64,000 nucleotides of DNA from a bacterium (GTDB lineage: Bacteria > Zhuqueibacterota > Zhuqueibacteria > Residuimicrobiales > Krinioviventaceae), in contig CAXXFV010000016.1 in the NCBI GenBank assembly GCA_963674595.2, positions 320,001 through 384,000 on the forward strand, given 5' to 3'. Below the pieces are notes generated by a model that ran no database searches, had not been told where the DNA came from, and saw only the letters and a list, made by a program, of their open reading frames with translations. The position numbers and the translations under genes were made by a program. Of this stretch, positions 1-12,291 are shown in pieces. The stretch's first letter is position 1, and every line of letters starts with the position of its first letter.

Positions 1-1023
1 TATTTTAAATGCATTTGGGTCTATTTTAGCCTGACTTTTTCCCAAAGCCGCTACTACACGGCCCCAATTGGGATCGTGGCCGAATATAGCTGTTTTTACC
101 AGCATCGAGTTGGCAATTTCTTTTGCCGCTTTCAGAGCTTCCTGTTGTGTATTGGCCTGGTTAATTGTTACTGTAACGAATTTTGTGGCGCCCTCACCAT
201 CTGCTGCCAATGCTTTGGTAATTTCAAGACAGATGGATTCAAGGGCATCTGTAAATTTATTAAAATTTTCATCTTTACTGGTTATTTGTTTGTTTCCGCA
301 TTGACCGTTTGCCAATAAAAAGACAGCATCGTTGGTACTCATGTCGCCATCTATTGTCAAAGCATTTAAGGTACGGGGAATGACTTTATTCAGAGCTGAT
401 TGCAGCATGTCGGCATCGATATCCACATCCGTTGTCAGGATACAAATCATTGTCGCCATATTGGGATTAATCATTCCGCTGCCCTTGGCCATGGATCCGA
501 TCCGTGCTTTTTTACCGTCAAGCTCAAATTCGACGGCAAAATATTTCGCATAGGTGTCCGTGGTCATTATAGCTTCGGCAGCTTCTATACCACCCTGATC
601 TTTAATGGCGCTGCAAGCTTTAACAATTCCTGAACGAACTGTTTCCATGGGCAGGGGAACACCAATAACACCGGTAGAAGATACCAAAACCATATCTTCA
701 GACATGCCGAGGCAGCCGGCAGTCACCGTAGCCATTTCCTGTGTGTCTTTATATCCCTGGTCTCCGGTACAGGCGTTGGCATTTCCGCTATTAATTATTA
801 ATGCTTGTGCTTTTTTATTTTTAATAATTTTTTTACTAAATAGAACACAAGCCGCCGGAAGAGTGCTTGTTGTAAACACAGCCGCACATTGCGCTGGTAC
901 ATCACTTGTTACAAGGGCAAGGTCCTTACCCGATTTTTTTATACCGGCAACAATTCCACTCGCTTTAAAACCAAACGGAAAAGTTACGGAACTTTTTTGT
1001 ATATCAAAAGCGTTTTTATTCAT
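1..1023 (-). CDS. argJ: Bifunctional ornithine acetyltransferase/N-acetylglutamate synthase (3' end runs off the window)
   Basis: Not in ORF track. Manual translation from ATG at 1023: MNKNAFDIQKSSVTFPFGFKASGIVAGIKKSGKDLALV...GMAKGSGMINPNMATM...DGDMSTNDAV...IANSMLVKTAIFGHDPNWGRVVAALG, all ArgJ motifs. Confidence 0.93.
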   Translation of the reverse strand, partial: MNKNAFDIQKSSVTFPFGFKASGIVAGIKKSGKDLALVTSDVPAQCAAVFTTSTLPAACVLFSKKIIKNKKAQALIINSGNANACTGDQGYKDTQEMATVTAGCLGMSEDMVLVSSTGVIGVPLPMETVRSGIVKACSAIKDQGGIEAAEAIMTTDTYAKYFAVEFELDGKKARIGSMAKGSGMINPNMATMICILTTDVDIDADMLQSALNKVIPRTLNALTIDGDMSTNDAVFLLANGQCGNKQITSKDENFNKFTDALESICLEITKALAADGEGATKFVTVTINQANTQQEALKAAKEIANSMLVKTAIFGHDPNWGRVVAALGKSQAKIDPNAFKI

Positions 1024-1090
1024 TCATGTTCTCGAAAATATTTTAAAAAATTATATATTGTTACTGTGGAAAATATTAGTATTGATGAAA

Positions 1091-1189
1091 GCGTAACCCC
1101 ATAACCCCTTCCTACCAATTTACCGGTGAGGGGAAATGGGGACCATACGGATTGGGTAATAGCGGTCCCTGCGCGGAGAATAGTGCAGC
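1091..1189. other. GC-rich three-hairpin intergenic element (candidate structured RNA or miniature repeat)
   Basis: Stems CCCCAT(1097-1102)/ATGGGG(1136-1141), CCCCT/AGGGG, GGGACC(1139-1144)/GGTCCC(1164-1169) and CTGCGC/GTGCAG, all in a very AT-rich spacer. Confidence 0.5.
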
Positions 1190-1198
1190 AAAATATAT

Positions 1199-2779
1199 TT
1201 AATCATTCGATTTATTGTCTTTCATTAATTTATAACTGATAGAGTCAACAAGGGCCTGCCAACTTGCCTCAATAATGTTTTCGGAAACACCAACAGTTCC
1301 CCACACGTCTTGTTCGTCGGTTGATTCGATAAGCACACGAACTTTGGCAGCGGTCGCCTTGTCACTATCTAAAACTCGAACCTTGTAATCTACTAATTTT
1401 AATTTTATTAATGAAGGATAAAATTTTTCCAATGCTTTTCGTAAAGCTTTATCAAGTGCGTCTACCGGTCCGTGTCCTTCAGCAGCCGTGTGCTCTTGTT
1501 CATTGCCGACATGCAGTTTCATAATAGCTTCGGAATAGAGCGCACCGTTTTCACGTTTATCAATGGTTACACGGGCAGAATCCAGTGTAAAAAAGTCTTT
1601 AAAGTTGCCGGTAGATTTTTGCACCAAAACTTCAAATGAACCGTCTGCACCTTCAAACTGGTAGCCGAGATGTTCAAGTTCCTTAAGTTTTTGAACGATA
1701 GTTAGTACCTCTTCCCGGTTACTGGAAAGGTCCAGGCCCATTTCTTTTGCTTTAACCAGAACATTGCTCTGACCGGATTGATCAGATACAAGGACCCGCT
1801 GATGGTTGCCAACCAGTTCAGGTTCTATATGTTCATAGGTCTTTCGGTTTCTAAGAATGGCACTTACGTGAATACCGCCTTTATGGGCAAATGCACTGTT
1901 GCCAACAAACGGCGCTTCTTCACGGTGAGGCAGATTTGCAATTTCACTCACATATCTGGAAATTTTTGTCAGACTTTTTAAATCCAGTTTGGGCGAAATA
2001 TCTATTGATGATTTTAATCCGGCGTTGGCGATAACAGAGCATAAATTTGCGTTACCGCATCGTTCTCCGTATCCGTTTATCGTTCCCTGAACATGACAAA
2101 CATTATGCTCAATGGCTAACAGACTGTTGGCAACAGCCAGGTCAGAATCGTTATGCGCGTGAATGCCAAGCGGAATATCAAGATTCATATTTTGAACTGT
2201 TTTAATAATTTCTGCGCATTTAGAGGGCAATGTTCCGCCGTTTGTATCACATAACACCAGGCAATCGGCACCAGCCTGAGCTGCTGTTTGAAGTGTTTTT
2301 AACGCATATTCCGGATTTTCAATATAACCGTCAAAAAAGTGTTCAGCGTCGTAAATGACTTCTTTTTTATTGTCTTTTAAATAAGATATGGAATCTCTAA
2401 TGATTTCAAGATTTTGTTCCAGAGTGGCCCGCAATCCTTCAATAACATGAAGATCCCATGATTTTCCAAAAATTGTTACAACGGGTGTATCTGCCTTTAA
2501 TAAAAGACTTATATTTTCATCTTCCGATACTTTAGCCTTTACTCTGCGGGTACTGCCGAATGCTGCAATTTTAGCATTTTGCCATTCCATGGTTTTGGCA
2601 ATGTTGAAAAATTCCATGTCTTTTGGATTGGATCCCGGCCAGCCGCCTTCGATATAATCAACGCCAAATTTGTCCAGTTTTTTGGCGATGTTTATTTTAT
2701 CGTTCGCTGAAAAGGAGATTCCTTCACTTTGAGATCCATCTCTTAATGTCGTGTCGTAAACGACCAATAAATTAGACAT
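1199..2779 (-). CDS. cimA: Citramalate synthase
   Basis: [50 protein letters not shown] and a LeuA-type allosteric C-domain. Confidence 0.92.
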   Translation of the reverse strand: MSNLLVVYDTTLRDGSQSEGISFSANDKINIAKKLDKFGVDYIEGGWPGSNPKDMEFFNIAKTMEWQNAKIAAFGSTRRVKAKVSEDENISLLLKADTPVVTIFGKSWDLHVIEGLRATLEQNLEIIRDSISYLKDNKKEVIYDAEHFFDGYIENPEYALKTLQTAAQAGADCLVLCDTNGGTLPSKCAEIIKTVQNMNLDIPLGIHAHNDSDLAVANSLLAIEHNVCHVQGTINGYGERCGNANLCSVIANAGLKSSIDISPKLDLKSLTKISRYVSEIANLPHREEAPFVGNSAFAHKGGIHVSAILRNRKTYEHIEPELVGNHQRVLVSDQSGQSNVLVKAKEMGLDLSSNREEVLTIVQKLKELEHLGYQFEGADGSFEVLVQKSTGNFKDFFTLDSARVTIDKRENGALYSEAIMKLHVGNEQEHTAAEGHGPVDALDKALRKALEKFYPSLIKLKLVDYKVRVLDSDKATAAKVRVLIESTDEQDVWGTVGVSENIIEASWQALVDSISYKLMKDNKSND

Positions 2780-2797
2780 GATACACCCTCCGCAACA

Positions 2798-3883
2798 CTA
2801 TGATAGTAGTTTTTTAACATTGTCAACGAGTAATTGTCCCATTTCTTTTGTTGTGACAACCTTTGAATCTGTTGCCGCAATATCTTTTGTCCTGAAACCC
2901 TGGTTCAAAACGTTGGATATTGCATCTTGTATGGCATCCGCTTCTTTTAATCGTGAAAAAGAGTGTTGAAGCATCATGGCTATAGAAGCGATTGTCGCAA
3001 TGGGATTGGCAATATTTTGTCCGGCAATATCCGGGGCAGAACCGTGAACAGGTTCATAAAGACCGGAACCATCGCCAAGACTGGCTGAAGGCAACATACC
3101 CAACGAGCCGGTCAACATTGAAGCTTCGTCACTTAATATGTCGCCAAACATATTACCCGTCAGAATAACATCAAACTGTTTTGGCCAGCGAATGAGCTGC
3201 ATGGCACAGTTATCCACATACATGTGGTCAAGTTGAACCTCTGGATATTCGCGGGCGGTTTGCATAACAATTTTTCGCCAGTATTGTGAAACTTCAAGCA
3301 CATTGGCTTTGTCGACAGACATGACTTTTTTATTTCGTTTCATGGCAGCATCAAATGCAACTTTGGCTATACGTTCCACTTCATGCTCAGAATAAACCAT
3401 TGTATTATAACCGCTACCTTTTTCATTATCAATACCACGTGGCTGACCGAAATAGATACCGCCGGTGAGTTCCCGAATAATAAGAATGTCAATACCTTCT
3501 ACCAGCTCTTTTTTCAGACTTGAAGCATCAACAAGACTTGGGTATACTTTTGCCGGACGAAGATTTGCATAGAGCCCCAAACCTTCGCGCAAACCTAACA
3601 GGCCCCGTTCCGGGCGCATATCTGAAGGCATGTTGTCCCAGCGTGGATCACCAATAGCGCCTAAAAGAACAGCATCACTGTTTTTACATGTTTCCAGGGT
3701 TTCTGCCGGTAATGGATTGGAATATTTTTCCAGCGCAATGCCGCCAACTTCAGCATAAACCAGCTCAACTGTAAAATCACTTGAATCTGCAACCGCTTGT
3801 AAAACATTAACTGCCTGTGAAACTACTTCCGGGCCTATACCGTCACCCGGCAAAACTGCAACTTTATAATTATCTTTTTTCAT
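2798..3883 (-). CDS. leuB: 3-isopropylmalate dehydrogenase
   Basis: [34 protein letters not shown]. Confidence 0.96.
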   Translation of the reverse strand: MKKDNYKVAVLPGDGIGPEVVSQAVNVLQAVADSSDFTVELVYAEVGGIALEKYSNPLPAETLETCKNSDAVLLGAIGDPRWDNMPSDMRPERGLLGLREGLGLYANLRPAKVYPSLVDASSLKKELVEGIDILIIRELTGGIYFGQPRGIDNEKGSGYNTMVYSEHEVERIAKVAFDAAMKRNKKVMSVDKANVLEVSQYWRKIVMQTAREYPEVQLDHMYVDNCAMQLIRWPKQFDVILTGNMFGDILSDEASMLTGSLGMLPSASLGDGSGLYEPVHGSAPDIAGQNIANPIATIASIAMMLQHSFSRLKEADAIQDAISNVLNQGFRTKDIAATDSKVVTTKEMGQLLVDNVKKLLS

Positions 3884-4386
3884 ACAAAACCACGTTGTTT
3901 TATCCAGTTCATTAATCCATCAGAGTTCATGAGTTCTTTCATGAATTCCGGAAATTGTGTCGAATTAAAATTTTGGCCGGACGGATGATGAGTCACCTGG
4001 CCGTTTTCAAAATCTATGGTAATTTCATCACCTTCTTTAACCATATCATACGCTTCGGTGCATTCAACAATCGGTAGACCGATGTTGATGGCGTTGCGAT
4101 AAAATATTCGTGCAAAACTTTTGGCAACAACACAGGCAATACCCGCCGCTTTAATGGCGATGGGTGCGTGCTCACGTGATGATCCGCAGCCGAAATTTTT
4201 TCCGGCAACAATAATATCACTTGGTTTTACTTTATTTGGAAAGTCTTCATCAGCATCAACCATGCAATATTTTGCCAGTTCATCAGGATCAAATGTATTT
4301 AAATAACGGGCAGGAATAATCAAATCTGTATTAATGTCGTCATCAAATATCCATACCCGGCCTTTTACTTGTTTTTCCATAGTCAT
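3880..4386 (-). CDS. leuD: 3-isopropylmalate dehydratase small subunit
   Basis: [40 protein letters not shown]. Confidence 0.95.
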   Translation of the reverse strand: MTMEKQVKGRVWIFDDDINTDLIIPARYLNTFDPDELAKYCMVDADEDFPNKVKPSDIIVAGKNFGCGSSREHAPIAIKAAGIACVVAKSFARIFYRNAINIGLPIVECTEAYDMVKEGDEITIDFENGQVTHHPSGQNFNSTQFPEFMKELMNSDGLMNWIKQRGFV

Positions 4387-4403
4387 TCTCTTTGTTAAAA
4401 TTT

Positions 4404-5657
4404 TTATAATGAATCCGGACCGGAGATAACGCCGTTAATGCCGGTTGCTGCGGCAACGGCCGGACTTGCTAAATAAACCTGACTTTTGGTGCTGCCCATT
4501 CTTCCAACAAAATTACGATTTGTTGTCGCCAGGGCTACTTCACCTTCTGCGAGAATACCCATGTGTCCGCCAAGACAGGGTCCGCAGGTTGGTGTTGAAA
4601 CCACTGCACCGGCCTGTACAAAAGTTTGTACCAAACCTTCTTCAATGGCCTGAAGGTAAATATCCTGAGTTGCCGGAAAAACAATAAAACGCAAATCATT
4701 ATGCACTTTTTTGCCTTTTAACAATTCCGCAGCAACCCGCAAATCCTCAATTCGTCCGTTTGTACAGGAACCAAGAACAACCTGGTCCACTTTGATGTCA
4801 TTTAGCGCGCTTACCGGCTTTGTGTTTGACGGCAAGTGCGGACAGGCAACTGTCGGTTCCATAGTGCTGACATCAAATTCCAGGGTTTGTTCGTATTCGG
4901 CATCTGCGTCCGGTTCAAAAATTTTAATTTCTCTTTTTGCACGTCCGTTATAATAGGCCTTTGTTTTTTCGTCTGCTGCAAAAATACCGTTTTTTGCTCC
5001 AGCCTCAATGGCCATGTTTGCCATTGTTAGCCGGCCTTCAACGGACATGTTTTCAATGGCCTGACCAGAAAATTCCAATGATTTATATAAAGCGCCGTCT
5101 ACACCGATTTGTCCGATCAGGTAGAGAATGAGGTCCTTACCGCTCAACCACTTGGGCATTTTGCCATTAAAAACGACTTTGATCGAAGTGGGTACTTTGA
5201 ACCAGGTTTCTCCTGTTATCATTGCGGCTGCCAGGTCTGTGCTGCCGACACCGGTCGAAAATGCACCAATAGCTCCATAGGTACATGTGTGAGAGTCTGC
5301 ACCGATAATGCAGTCACCCGGCACGACAAGGCCCTGTTCCGGCAATAAAGCATGTTCAATACCAACCCGGCCCATTTCGAAAAAGTTGACAATGTTATGT
5401 TCTCTGGCAAACTCACGCATCAGCTTGACCTGTTCCGCAGATTTTATATCCTTATTGGGTGTAAAATGATCCGGAACCAGGGCAATACGCGTATTGTCAA
5501 AGACTTTTTTTGCGCCAATTTTACGAAATTCTGAAATGGCCGGCGGAGCAGTTATATCGTTTGCGAGAATAAAATCCAGTTTGACGGTAATCAGATCACC
5601 CGGAGTAATTTTGTCCTTACCCGCATGTGCTGCTAAAATTTTTTCTGTTAATGTCAC
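4404..5657 (-). CDS. leuC: 3-isopropylmalate dehydratase large subunit (short, homoaconitase-like type)
   Basis: [33 protein letters not shown]. Confidence 0.95.
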   Translation of the reverse strand: MTLTEKILAAHAGKDKITPGDLITVKLDFILANDITAPPAISEFRKIGAKKVFDNTRIALVPDHFTPNKDIKSAEQVKLMREFAREHNIVNFFEMGRVGIEHALLPEQGLVVPGDCIIGADSHTCTYGAIGAFSTGVGSTDLAAAMITGETWFKVPTSIKVVFNGKMPKWLSGKDLILYLIGQIGVDGALYKSLEFSGQAIENMSVEGRLTMANMAIEAGAKNGIFAADEKTKAYYNGRAKREIKIFEPDADAEYEQTLEFDVSTMEPTVACPHLPSNTKPVSALNDIKVDQVVLGSCTNGRIEDLRVAAELLKGKKVHNDLRFIVFPATQDIYLQAIEEGLVQTFVQAGAVVSTPTCGPCLGGHMGILAEGEVALATTNRNFVGRMGSTKSQVYLASPAVAAATGINGVISGPDSL

Positions 5658-5659
5658 TT

Positions 5660-7195
5660 TTATAACTCCGCTTGTATAGTACGCTGTTGCAGATGCAACA
5701 TTCTGTTTATAGCATTTAAATAAGCTTGAATGCTCGCTTCAATAACGTCAGTGCTTGTGCCGCGGCCAAGGAATTGTTCGCCGTTTTTTTGGATTCTAAC
5801 AATAACTTCACCCATAGCGTCTTTTCCGCCGGTTACGCCCCGAAGCGAATAATCTTTCAGCTTGAGATCAACCTTAACTATTTTATCAATGGCTTTGTAT
5901 GCTGCATCTACAGGACCATCACCAACAGCGGCTTCTTTAAAAGATTGGTCCTGATATTTTAAACTGAGTGTTGCAGTTGGTAGAGCCTGGTTACCGCTTA
6001 AAATATGAAAATACTCCAGATGGTATACTTCGTCAACTTCTTTGGATTCAGCGCCGACAAGTGCTATCAAATCTTCATCAAAGACTTCTTTCTTTTTATC
6101 GGCGACCTCTAAAAATCGTTGATAAACACTGTCCAGTTCTTCCTTTGGAAGATTATATCCAAGATCAGTTAACCGTTGTTTAATACCATGACGACCGGAG
6201 TGACGGCCAAGTACAATTTTGTTCGAATCCAGACCAACTTCGTCTGGTGTCATAATTTCATAGGTGCTGGCGTCTTTAATGACGGCATCCTGGTGAATTC
6301 CGGATTCATGAGCAAATGCATTTGCTCCAACAATTGCTTTGTTGGGCTGGACCGGAATGCCCATCAGACTGCTGACCATTCGACTGGTATGAATAATTTC
6401 TTTGGTGTTGATGTTGGTAATTTTGTTATAAAAATTCTGTCTTGTTTTTAAAGACATAACAACTTCTTCAAGAGAAGCATTACCAGCCCGTTCACCAATA
6501 CCGTTTATAGTGACTTCAACCTGTTGGGCGCCGTTTCGAACGGCTGCCAGTGTGTTGGCGACGGCCAAACCAAGATCATTATGACAATGGACGCTTAATA
6601 TCGCTTTATTCATATTTGGTACTTTTTCACGAATTTCACGGATTAGAGAACCAAATTCTTCGGGATTTGAATATCCAACCGTATCCGGGATGTTGATTGT
6701 TGTGGCACCTGCATTAATAGCCGTTTCTACAATGCGAAACAAAAATTCCCTTCCTGTCCGTGCGGAATCTTCTGGTGAAAATTCAATATCATCACAATAT
6801 TTTTTCGCGCGTTCAATACCGGCAACCGCCATTGCAAGAACATCATCTTCAGATTTTTTAAATTTTTTCTCAAGATGTATTTTTGAAGTTGCAACAAAGG
6901 TATGAATTCTGGGTTTTTTTGCACCTTTTAGCGCCTCTCCGGCTCTGTCTATGTCTAGTTCTACACATCGAGCCAGTGCACAAATAACAGGACCTTTTAC
7001 CTGTTTTGCAATTAGTTGTGTGGCTTCAAACTGAGCATCGGAAGAAACAGGAAAACCTGCTTCGATTACATCAACTTGTAAACGGGACAATTGGTGGGCA
7101 ATTGCCACTTTTTCAGGTACGTCAAGGCTGGCGCCCGGAGATTGTTCTCCATCACGCAGTGTTGTGTCAAAAACCAGAATACGGTTGTTATCCAT
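5660..7195 (-). CDS. leuA: 2-isopropylmalate synthase
   Basis: [39 protein letters not shown]. Confidence 0.96.
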   Translation of the reverse strand: MDNNRILVFDTTLRDGEQSPGASLDVPEKVAIAHQLSRLQVDVIEAGFPVSSDAQFEATQLIAKQVKGPVICALARCVELDIDRAGEALKGAKKPRIHTFVATSKIHLEKKFKKSEDDVLAMAVAGIERAKKYCDDIEFSPEDSARTGREFLFRIVETAINAGATTINIPDTVGYSNPEEFGSLIREIREKVPNMNKAILSVHCHNDLGLAVANTLAAVRNGAQQVEVTINGIGERAGNASLEEVVMSLKTRQNFYNKITNINTKEIIHTSRMVSSLMGIPVQPNKAIVGANAFAHESGIHQDAVIKDASTYEIMTPDEVGLDSNKIVLGRHSGRHGIKQRLTDLGYNLPKEELDSVYQRFLEVADKKKEVFDEDLIALVGAESKEVDEVYHLEYFHILSGNQALPTATLSLKYQDQSFKEAAVGDGPVDAAYKAIDKIVKVDLKLKDYSLRGVTGGKDAMGEVIVRIQKNGEQFLGRGTSTDVIEASIQAYLNAINRMLHLQQRTIQAEL

Positions 7196-7206
7196 AATAA
7201 ATCCTC

Positions 7207-8232
<1,026 letters not shown>

Positions 8233-8239
8233 TCATAAT

Positions 8240-8728
8240 TTACGGTTGAACGTTAGAATCTCTGACCATCGCCACGGTACCGGTCCGGGCTGTTTCTTTA
8301 ATGCCGAATGTTTTAACTGTTTCGAGAAAGGCATTGATTTTCGCTTCGCTTCCGGTAAGTTCAAAAGTTAGCGACCGGTTGCTGATATCGACAACTTTGG
8401 CCCGAAAAATGTTTGCAATTTGTGAAGCCTCTCCTCGTTTCGCCGGGGAACAGGCAATTTTTACAAGAACAAGTTCACGTGCAACAAAATCTTTGCCTGT
8501 TACATCCGATACACGGATGACATCAATTAGTTTGTTGAGTTGTTTGGTGACCTGTTCAATGACCCAATCGTCCCCGCGGACAACCAGGGTCATAGATGAT
8601 GAGCCGTCTGATCTTGGCAGACCGACTGTCAGGCTTTCGATATTATAACCACGTGCGCTAAAAAGTCCTGCTATACGGGCTAATATGCCTGCCTGGTTTT
8701 CTACTTCTAAATTAATAATGTGTCTCAT
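8240..8728 (-). CDS. ilvN: Acetolactate synthase small (regulatory) subunit
   Basis: VENQAGILARIAGLFSARGYNIESLTVG ACT domain; TAATG overlap with the upstream ilvB. Confidence 0.95.
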   Translation of the reverse strand: MRHIINLEVENQAGILARIAGLFSARGYNIESLTVGLPRSDGSSSMTLVVRGDDWVIEQVTKQLNKLIDVIRVSDVTGKDFVARELVLVKIACSPAKRGEASQIANIFRAKVVDISNRSLTFELTGSEAKINAFLETVKTFGIKETARTGTVAMVRDSNVQP

Positions 8729-10449
8729 TACGCCATACCTCTAATCATTTGATGAATAGGAGCCCCAGCCGGGACCATTGGATAGACATTTTCTTCGTTA
8801 TCTATAATAAATTCGACGACAACCGGTCCTTTGGTTTGCAGAGCTTTTTTAAGGACAGGTAAGACGTCTTCCTGTTTATCGGCAAAGAGTCCGGTAGCGC
8901 CATAAGCTTCGGCGAGTTTGGAAAAATTTGGTATATATGCTTGCGGGCAATTTTCACCGGACTGATCGCACTGAGGCGGACAGTTGATATTTCTTCTCAA
9001 ACAGATGGACGAGAACCTTCTGTCATAAAAGATGGCCTGCCATTGTCTGACCATACCCAGGGAATGGTTGTTAAGGATGATGATCTTGACAGGCAGTTGA
9101 TAAAGCACGGCGGTCGCGAGTTCCTGAATATTCATTTGAATGCTTCCGTCGCCGGCGATATCGATAACGGTTTTTTCGGGGTGAGCGATTTGTGCGCCGA
9201 TGGCCGCCGGGAATCCGTAACCCATGGTTCCGAGTCCGCCTGAAGAGATAAAGGTCCTTGGTTTGATAAAGTTAAAGAACTGGGCGGTCCACATCTGGTT
9301 TTGCCCGACTTCTGTGGTGATGATGGCATCGTGTTTTGTCAGTTCAGCGACTTTTTCAATAACATATTGTGGTTGAATATGGCCGTTATCGCCGTATTTC
9401 AGAGCATGATCGTTTTTCCAGTTTTGAACTTGCTGCGTCCATTCCGTATTTTTTTTCTCAGTAACGATTTTATTGAGTTCATTAAGAACGTTTTTAACGT
9501 CCCCGACGACCGGCAGAAAGACCTTGACGTTTTTCCTGATGGTCGTTGGGTCGATGTCGATATGAACGATTTTTGCATTAGGCGCGAATTTGCTGACTTT
9601 GCCTGTAACTCTGTCGTCAAAGCGGACGCCGATAGCAATGAGGAGGTCGGCTTCCTGAATGGCATAATTGGCATATTCGGTCCCGTGCATGCCGATCATT
9701 TTAAGGGCATTTGGGTGGTCTTCGGGAAATGTACCGAGTCCCATAAGAGATGTTGTTACAGGTGCGTCAATTTTTGCAGCCAGGGTTTTGAGCTGTTCGG
9801 AAGCTTCGCTTGAAATAACGCCGCCGCCTGCAAAGATAACAGGTTTATGTGCAGCATCAATGGCTTTGGCCACTTTTTTGATTTGTTGAATATGACCCTG
9901 CATGGTTGGTTTGTAGCTGGGAATATCAACGGAATCGGGATAGGGGATTAATGTTTTGGCCTGCTGAATATCCTTGGGTATATCGATGAGCACCGGTCCC
10001 GGTCTGCCGCTTTTTGCAATCATAAAAGCGGATTTGAGGATGTGAGGCAGCTCATCAACGTTTTTAACGAGATAGTTGTGTTTTGTAATAGACCGGCTGA
10101 TACCGACCATGTCGGCTTCCTGAAAGGCATCATTACCGATAAGGTGAGTAGAAACCTGGCCGGTAATAGCGACAATAGGGATGGAATCCATGTGAGCAGT
10201 TGCAAGACCTGTAACAATGTTTGTTGCGCCAGGTCCGGATGTAGCAATACAAACACCGACTTCACCTGAAGCCCGTGCGAACCCGTCTGCTGCATGGATG
10301 GCTCCCTGTTCATGGCGTGTCAGGTAAAAAGGAACCTCACCATCATATAACAGATTGAAAATATCAATAACGGCTGCTCCCGGGTATCCAAAAATTGCTC
10401 TGACATTTTCCGCTTTAAAAGCATGTATTATTAATTCTGCACCAGTCAT
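8728..10449 (-). CDS. ilvB: Acetolactate synthase large subunit, downstream copy
   Basis: RHEQGAIHAADG, ATSGPGATN, GDGSIQMN, MVRQWQ. Confidence 0.95.
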   Translation of the reverse strand: MTGAELIIHAFKAENVRAIFGYPGAAVIDIFNLLYDGEVPFYLTRHEQGAIHAADGFARASGEVGVCIATSGPGATNIVTGLATAHMDSIPIVAITGQVSTHLIGNDAFQEADMVGISRSITKHNYLVKNVDELPHILKSAFMIAKSGRPGPVLIDIPKDIQQAKTLIPYPDSVDIPSYKPTMQGHIQQIKKVAKAIDAAHKPVIFAGGGVISSEASEQLKTLAAKIDAPVTTSLMGLGTFPEDHPNALKMIGMHGTEYANYAIQEADLLIAIGVRFDDRVTGKVSKFAPNAKIVHIDIDPTTIRKNVKVFLPVVGDVKNVLNELNKIVTEKKNTEWTQQVQNWKNDHALKYGDNGHIQPQYVIEKVAELTKHDAIITTEVGQNQMWTAQFFNFIKPRTFISSGGLGTMGYGFPAAIGAQIAHPEKTVIDIAGDGSIQMNIQELATAVLYQLPVKIIILNNHSLGMVRQWQAIFYDRRFSSICLRRNINCPPQCDQSGENCPQAYIPNFSKLAEAYGATGLFADKQEDVLPVLKKALQTKGPVVVEFIIDNEENVYPMVPAGAPIHQMIRGMA

Positions 10450-12091
10450 TAAAATTTCATTTCTTTTAAGTTCGTTGTATATAAAGTTATGCTAATCCTC
10501 TAATCATTTGATGAATAGGAGCCCCAGCCGGGACCATTGGATAGACATTTTCTTCGTTATCTATAATAAATTCGACGACAACCGGTCCTTTGGTTTGCAG
10601 CGCTTTTTTAAGGACAGGTAGGACGTCTTCCTGTTTATCGGCAAAGAGTCCGGTAGCGCCATAAGCTTCGGCGAGTTTGGAAAAATTTGGTATATATGCT
10701 TGCGGGCAATTTTCACCGGACTGATCGCACTGAGGCGGACAGTTAATATTACGTCTTAAACAGATGGAGGAGAACCTTCTGTCATAAAAGATGGCCTGCC
10801 ATTGTCTGACCATACCCAGGGAATGGTTGTTAAGGATGATGATCTTGACAGGCAGTTGATAAAGCACGGCGGTAGCGAGTTCCTGAATATTCATTTGAAT
10901 GCTTCCGTCGCCGGCGATATCGATAACGGTTTTTTCGGGGTGAGCGATTTGTGCGCCGATGGCCGCCGGGAATCCGTAACCCATGGTTCCGAGTCCGCCT
11001 GAAGAGATAAAGGTCCTTGGTTTGATAAAGTTAAAGAACTGGGCGGTCCACATCTGGTTTTGCCCGACTTCTGTGGTGATGATGGCATCGTGTTTTGTCA
11101 GTTCAGCGACTTTTTCAATAACATATTGTGGTTGAATATGGCCGTTATCGCCGTATTTCAGAGCATGATCGTTTTTCCAGTTTTGAACTTGCTGTGTCCA
11201 TTCCGTATTTTTTTTCTCAGTAACGATTTTATTGAGTTCATTAAGAACGTTTTTAACGTCCCCGACGACCGGCAGAAAGACCTTGACGTTTTTCCTGATG
11301 GTCGTTGGGTCGATGTCGATATGAACGATTTTTGCATTAGGCGCAAATTTGCTGACTTTGCCTGTAACTCTGTCGTCAAAGCGGACGCCGATAGCAATGA
11401 GGAGATCGGCTTCCTGAATGGCATAATTGGCATATTCGGTCCCGTGCATGCCGATCATTTTAAGGGCATTTGGGTGGTCTTCGGGAAATGTACCGAGTCC
11501 CATAAGAGATGTTGTTACAGGTGCGTCAATTTTTGCAGCCAGGGTTTTGAGCTGTTCGGAAGCTTCGCTTGAAATAACGCCGCCGCCTGCAAAGATAACG
11601 GGTTTATGTGCAGCATCAATGGCTTTGGCCACTTTTTTGATTTGTTGAATATGACCCTGCATGGTTGGTTTGTAGCTGGGAATATCAACGGAATCGGGAT
11701 AGGGGATTAATGTTTTGGCCTGCTGAATATCCTTGGGTATATCGATGAGCACCGGTCCTGGTCTGCCGCTTTTTGCAATCATAAAAGCGGATTTGAGGAT
11801 GTGAGGCAGCTCATCAACGTTTTTAACGAGATAGTTGTGTTTTGTAATAGACCGGCTGATACCGACCATGTCGGCTTCCTGAAAGGCATCATTACCGATA
11901 AGGTGAGTAGAAACCTGGCCGGTAATAGCGACAATAGGGATGGAATCCATGTGAGCAGTTGCAAGACCTGTAACAATGTTTGTTGCGCCAGGTCCGGATG
12001 TAGCAATACAAACACCGACTTCACCTGAAGCCCGTGCGAACCCGTCTGCTGCATGGATGGCTCCCTGTTCATGACGTGTCAGGTAAAAAGG
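8738..12091. repeat. Tandem ~1.6 kb near-identical direct repeat (about 8738-10332 and 10497-12091, offset 1759) covering the ilvB cores
   Basis: Base-by-base comparison by eye shows identity except for roughly 15 synonymous substitutions. Confidence 0.95.
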
Positions 12092-12208
12092 GATTTCAGA
12101 TTCATAAAGTACATTAAAGATATCAATAACTGAACCACCTGGATATCCAAAAATAGCTTTAACATTTTCACGCTGAAACGCGTGAAAGATCATTTGTGCA
12201 CCGGTCAT
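10487..12208 (-). CDS. ilvB: Acetolactate synthase large subunit, upstream copy
   Basis: Same motifs; GYPGG; RBS AAGGA upstream. Confidence 0.95.
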   Translation of the reverse strand: MTGAQMIFHAFQRENVKAIFGYPGGSVIDIFNVLYESEIPFYLTRHEQGAIHAADGFARASGEVGVCIATSGPGATNIVTGLATAHMDSIPIVAITGQVSTHLIGNDAFQEADMVGISRSITKHNYLVKNVDELPHILKSAFMIAKSGRPGPVLIDIPKDIQQAKTLIPYPDSVDIPSYKPTMQGHIQQIKKVAKAIDAAHKPVIFAGGGVISSEASEQLKTLAAKIDAPVTTSLMGLGTFPEDHPNALKMIGMHGTEYANYAIQEADLLIAIGVRFDDRVTGKVSKFAPNAKIVHIDIDPTTIRKNVKVFLPVVGDVKNVLNELNKIVTEKKNTEWTQQVQNWKNDHALKYGDNGHIQPQYVIEKVAELTKHDAIITTEVGQNQMWTAQFFNFIKPRTFISSGGLGTMGYGFPAAIGAQIAHPEKTVIDIAGDGSIQMNIQELATAVLYQLPVKIIILNNHSLGMVRQWQAIFYDRRFSSICLRRNINCPPQCDQSGENCPQAYIPNFSKLAEAYGATGLFADKQEDVLPVLKKALQTKGPVVVEFIIDNEENVYPMVPAGAPIHQMIRGLA

Positions 12209-12291
12209 TTTATTCCTTTCAGATTCAAATTGAAATCCTGAGGTTTGTTAAAATTACGTTATTACAAATTAATCAATAACTTGTATCTTTA

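Noticed and set aside
1008-1030. Possible ARG box at the argJ start
   Set aside because: Only one half-site (TGAAT) matches, in AT-rich DNA
68-1104. Plus-strand ORFs, including the 163-aa ORF at 605-1096
   Set aside because: Antisense shadows of argJ
1105-1189. Resemblance to tRNA-Sec (CCGGTGAGG, AGCGGTCCC) or to HDV/twister ribozymes
   Set aside because: No TCA anticodon arm or T-loop, and the ribozyme core motifs could not be fitted
8728-12208. ilvB duplication as a pure assembly artefact
   Set aside because: Distinct in-frame N-termini, distinct final codons and only synonymous differences argue for two real genes; a read check is still advised
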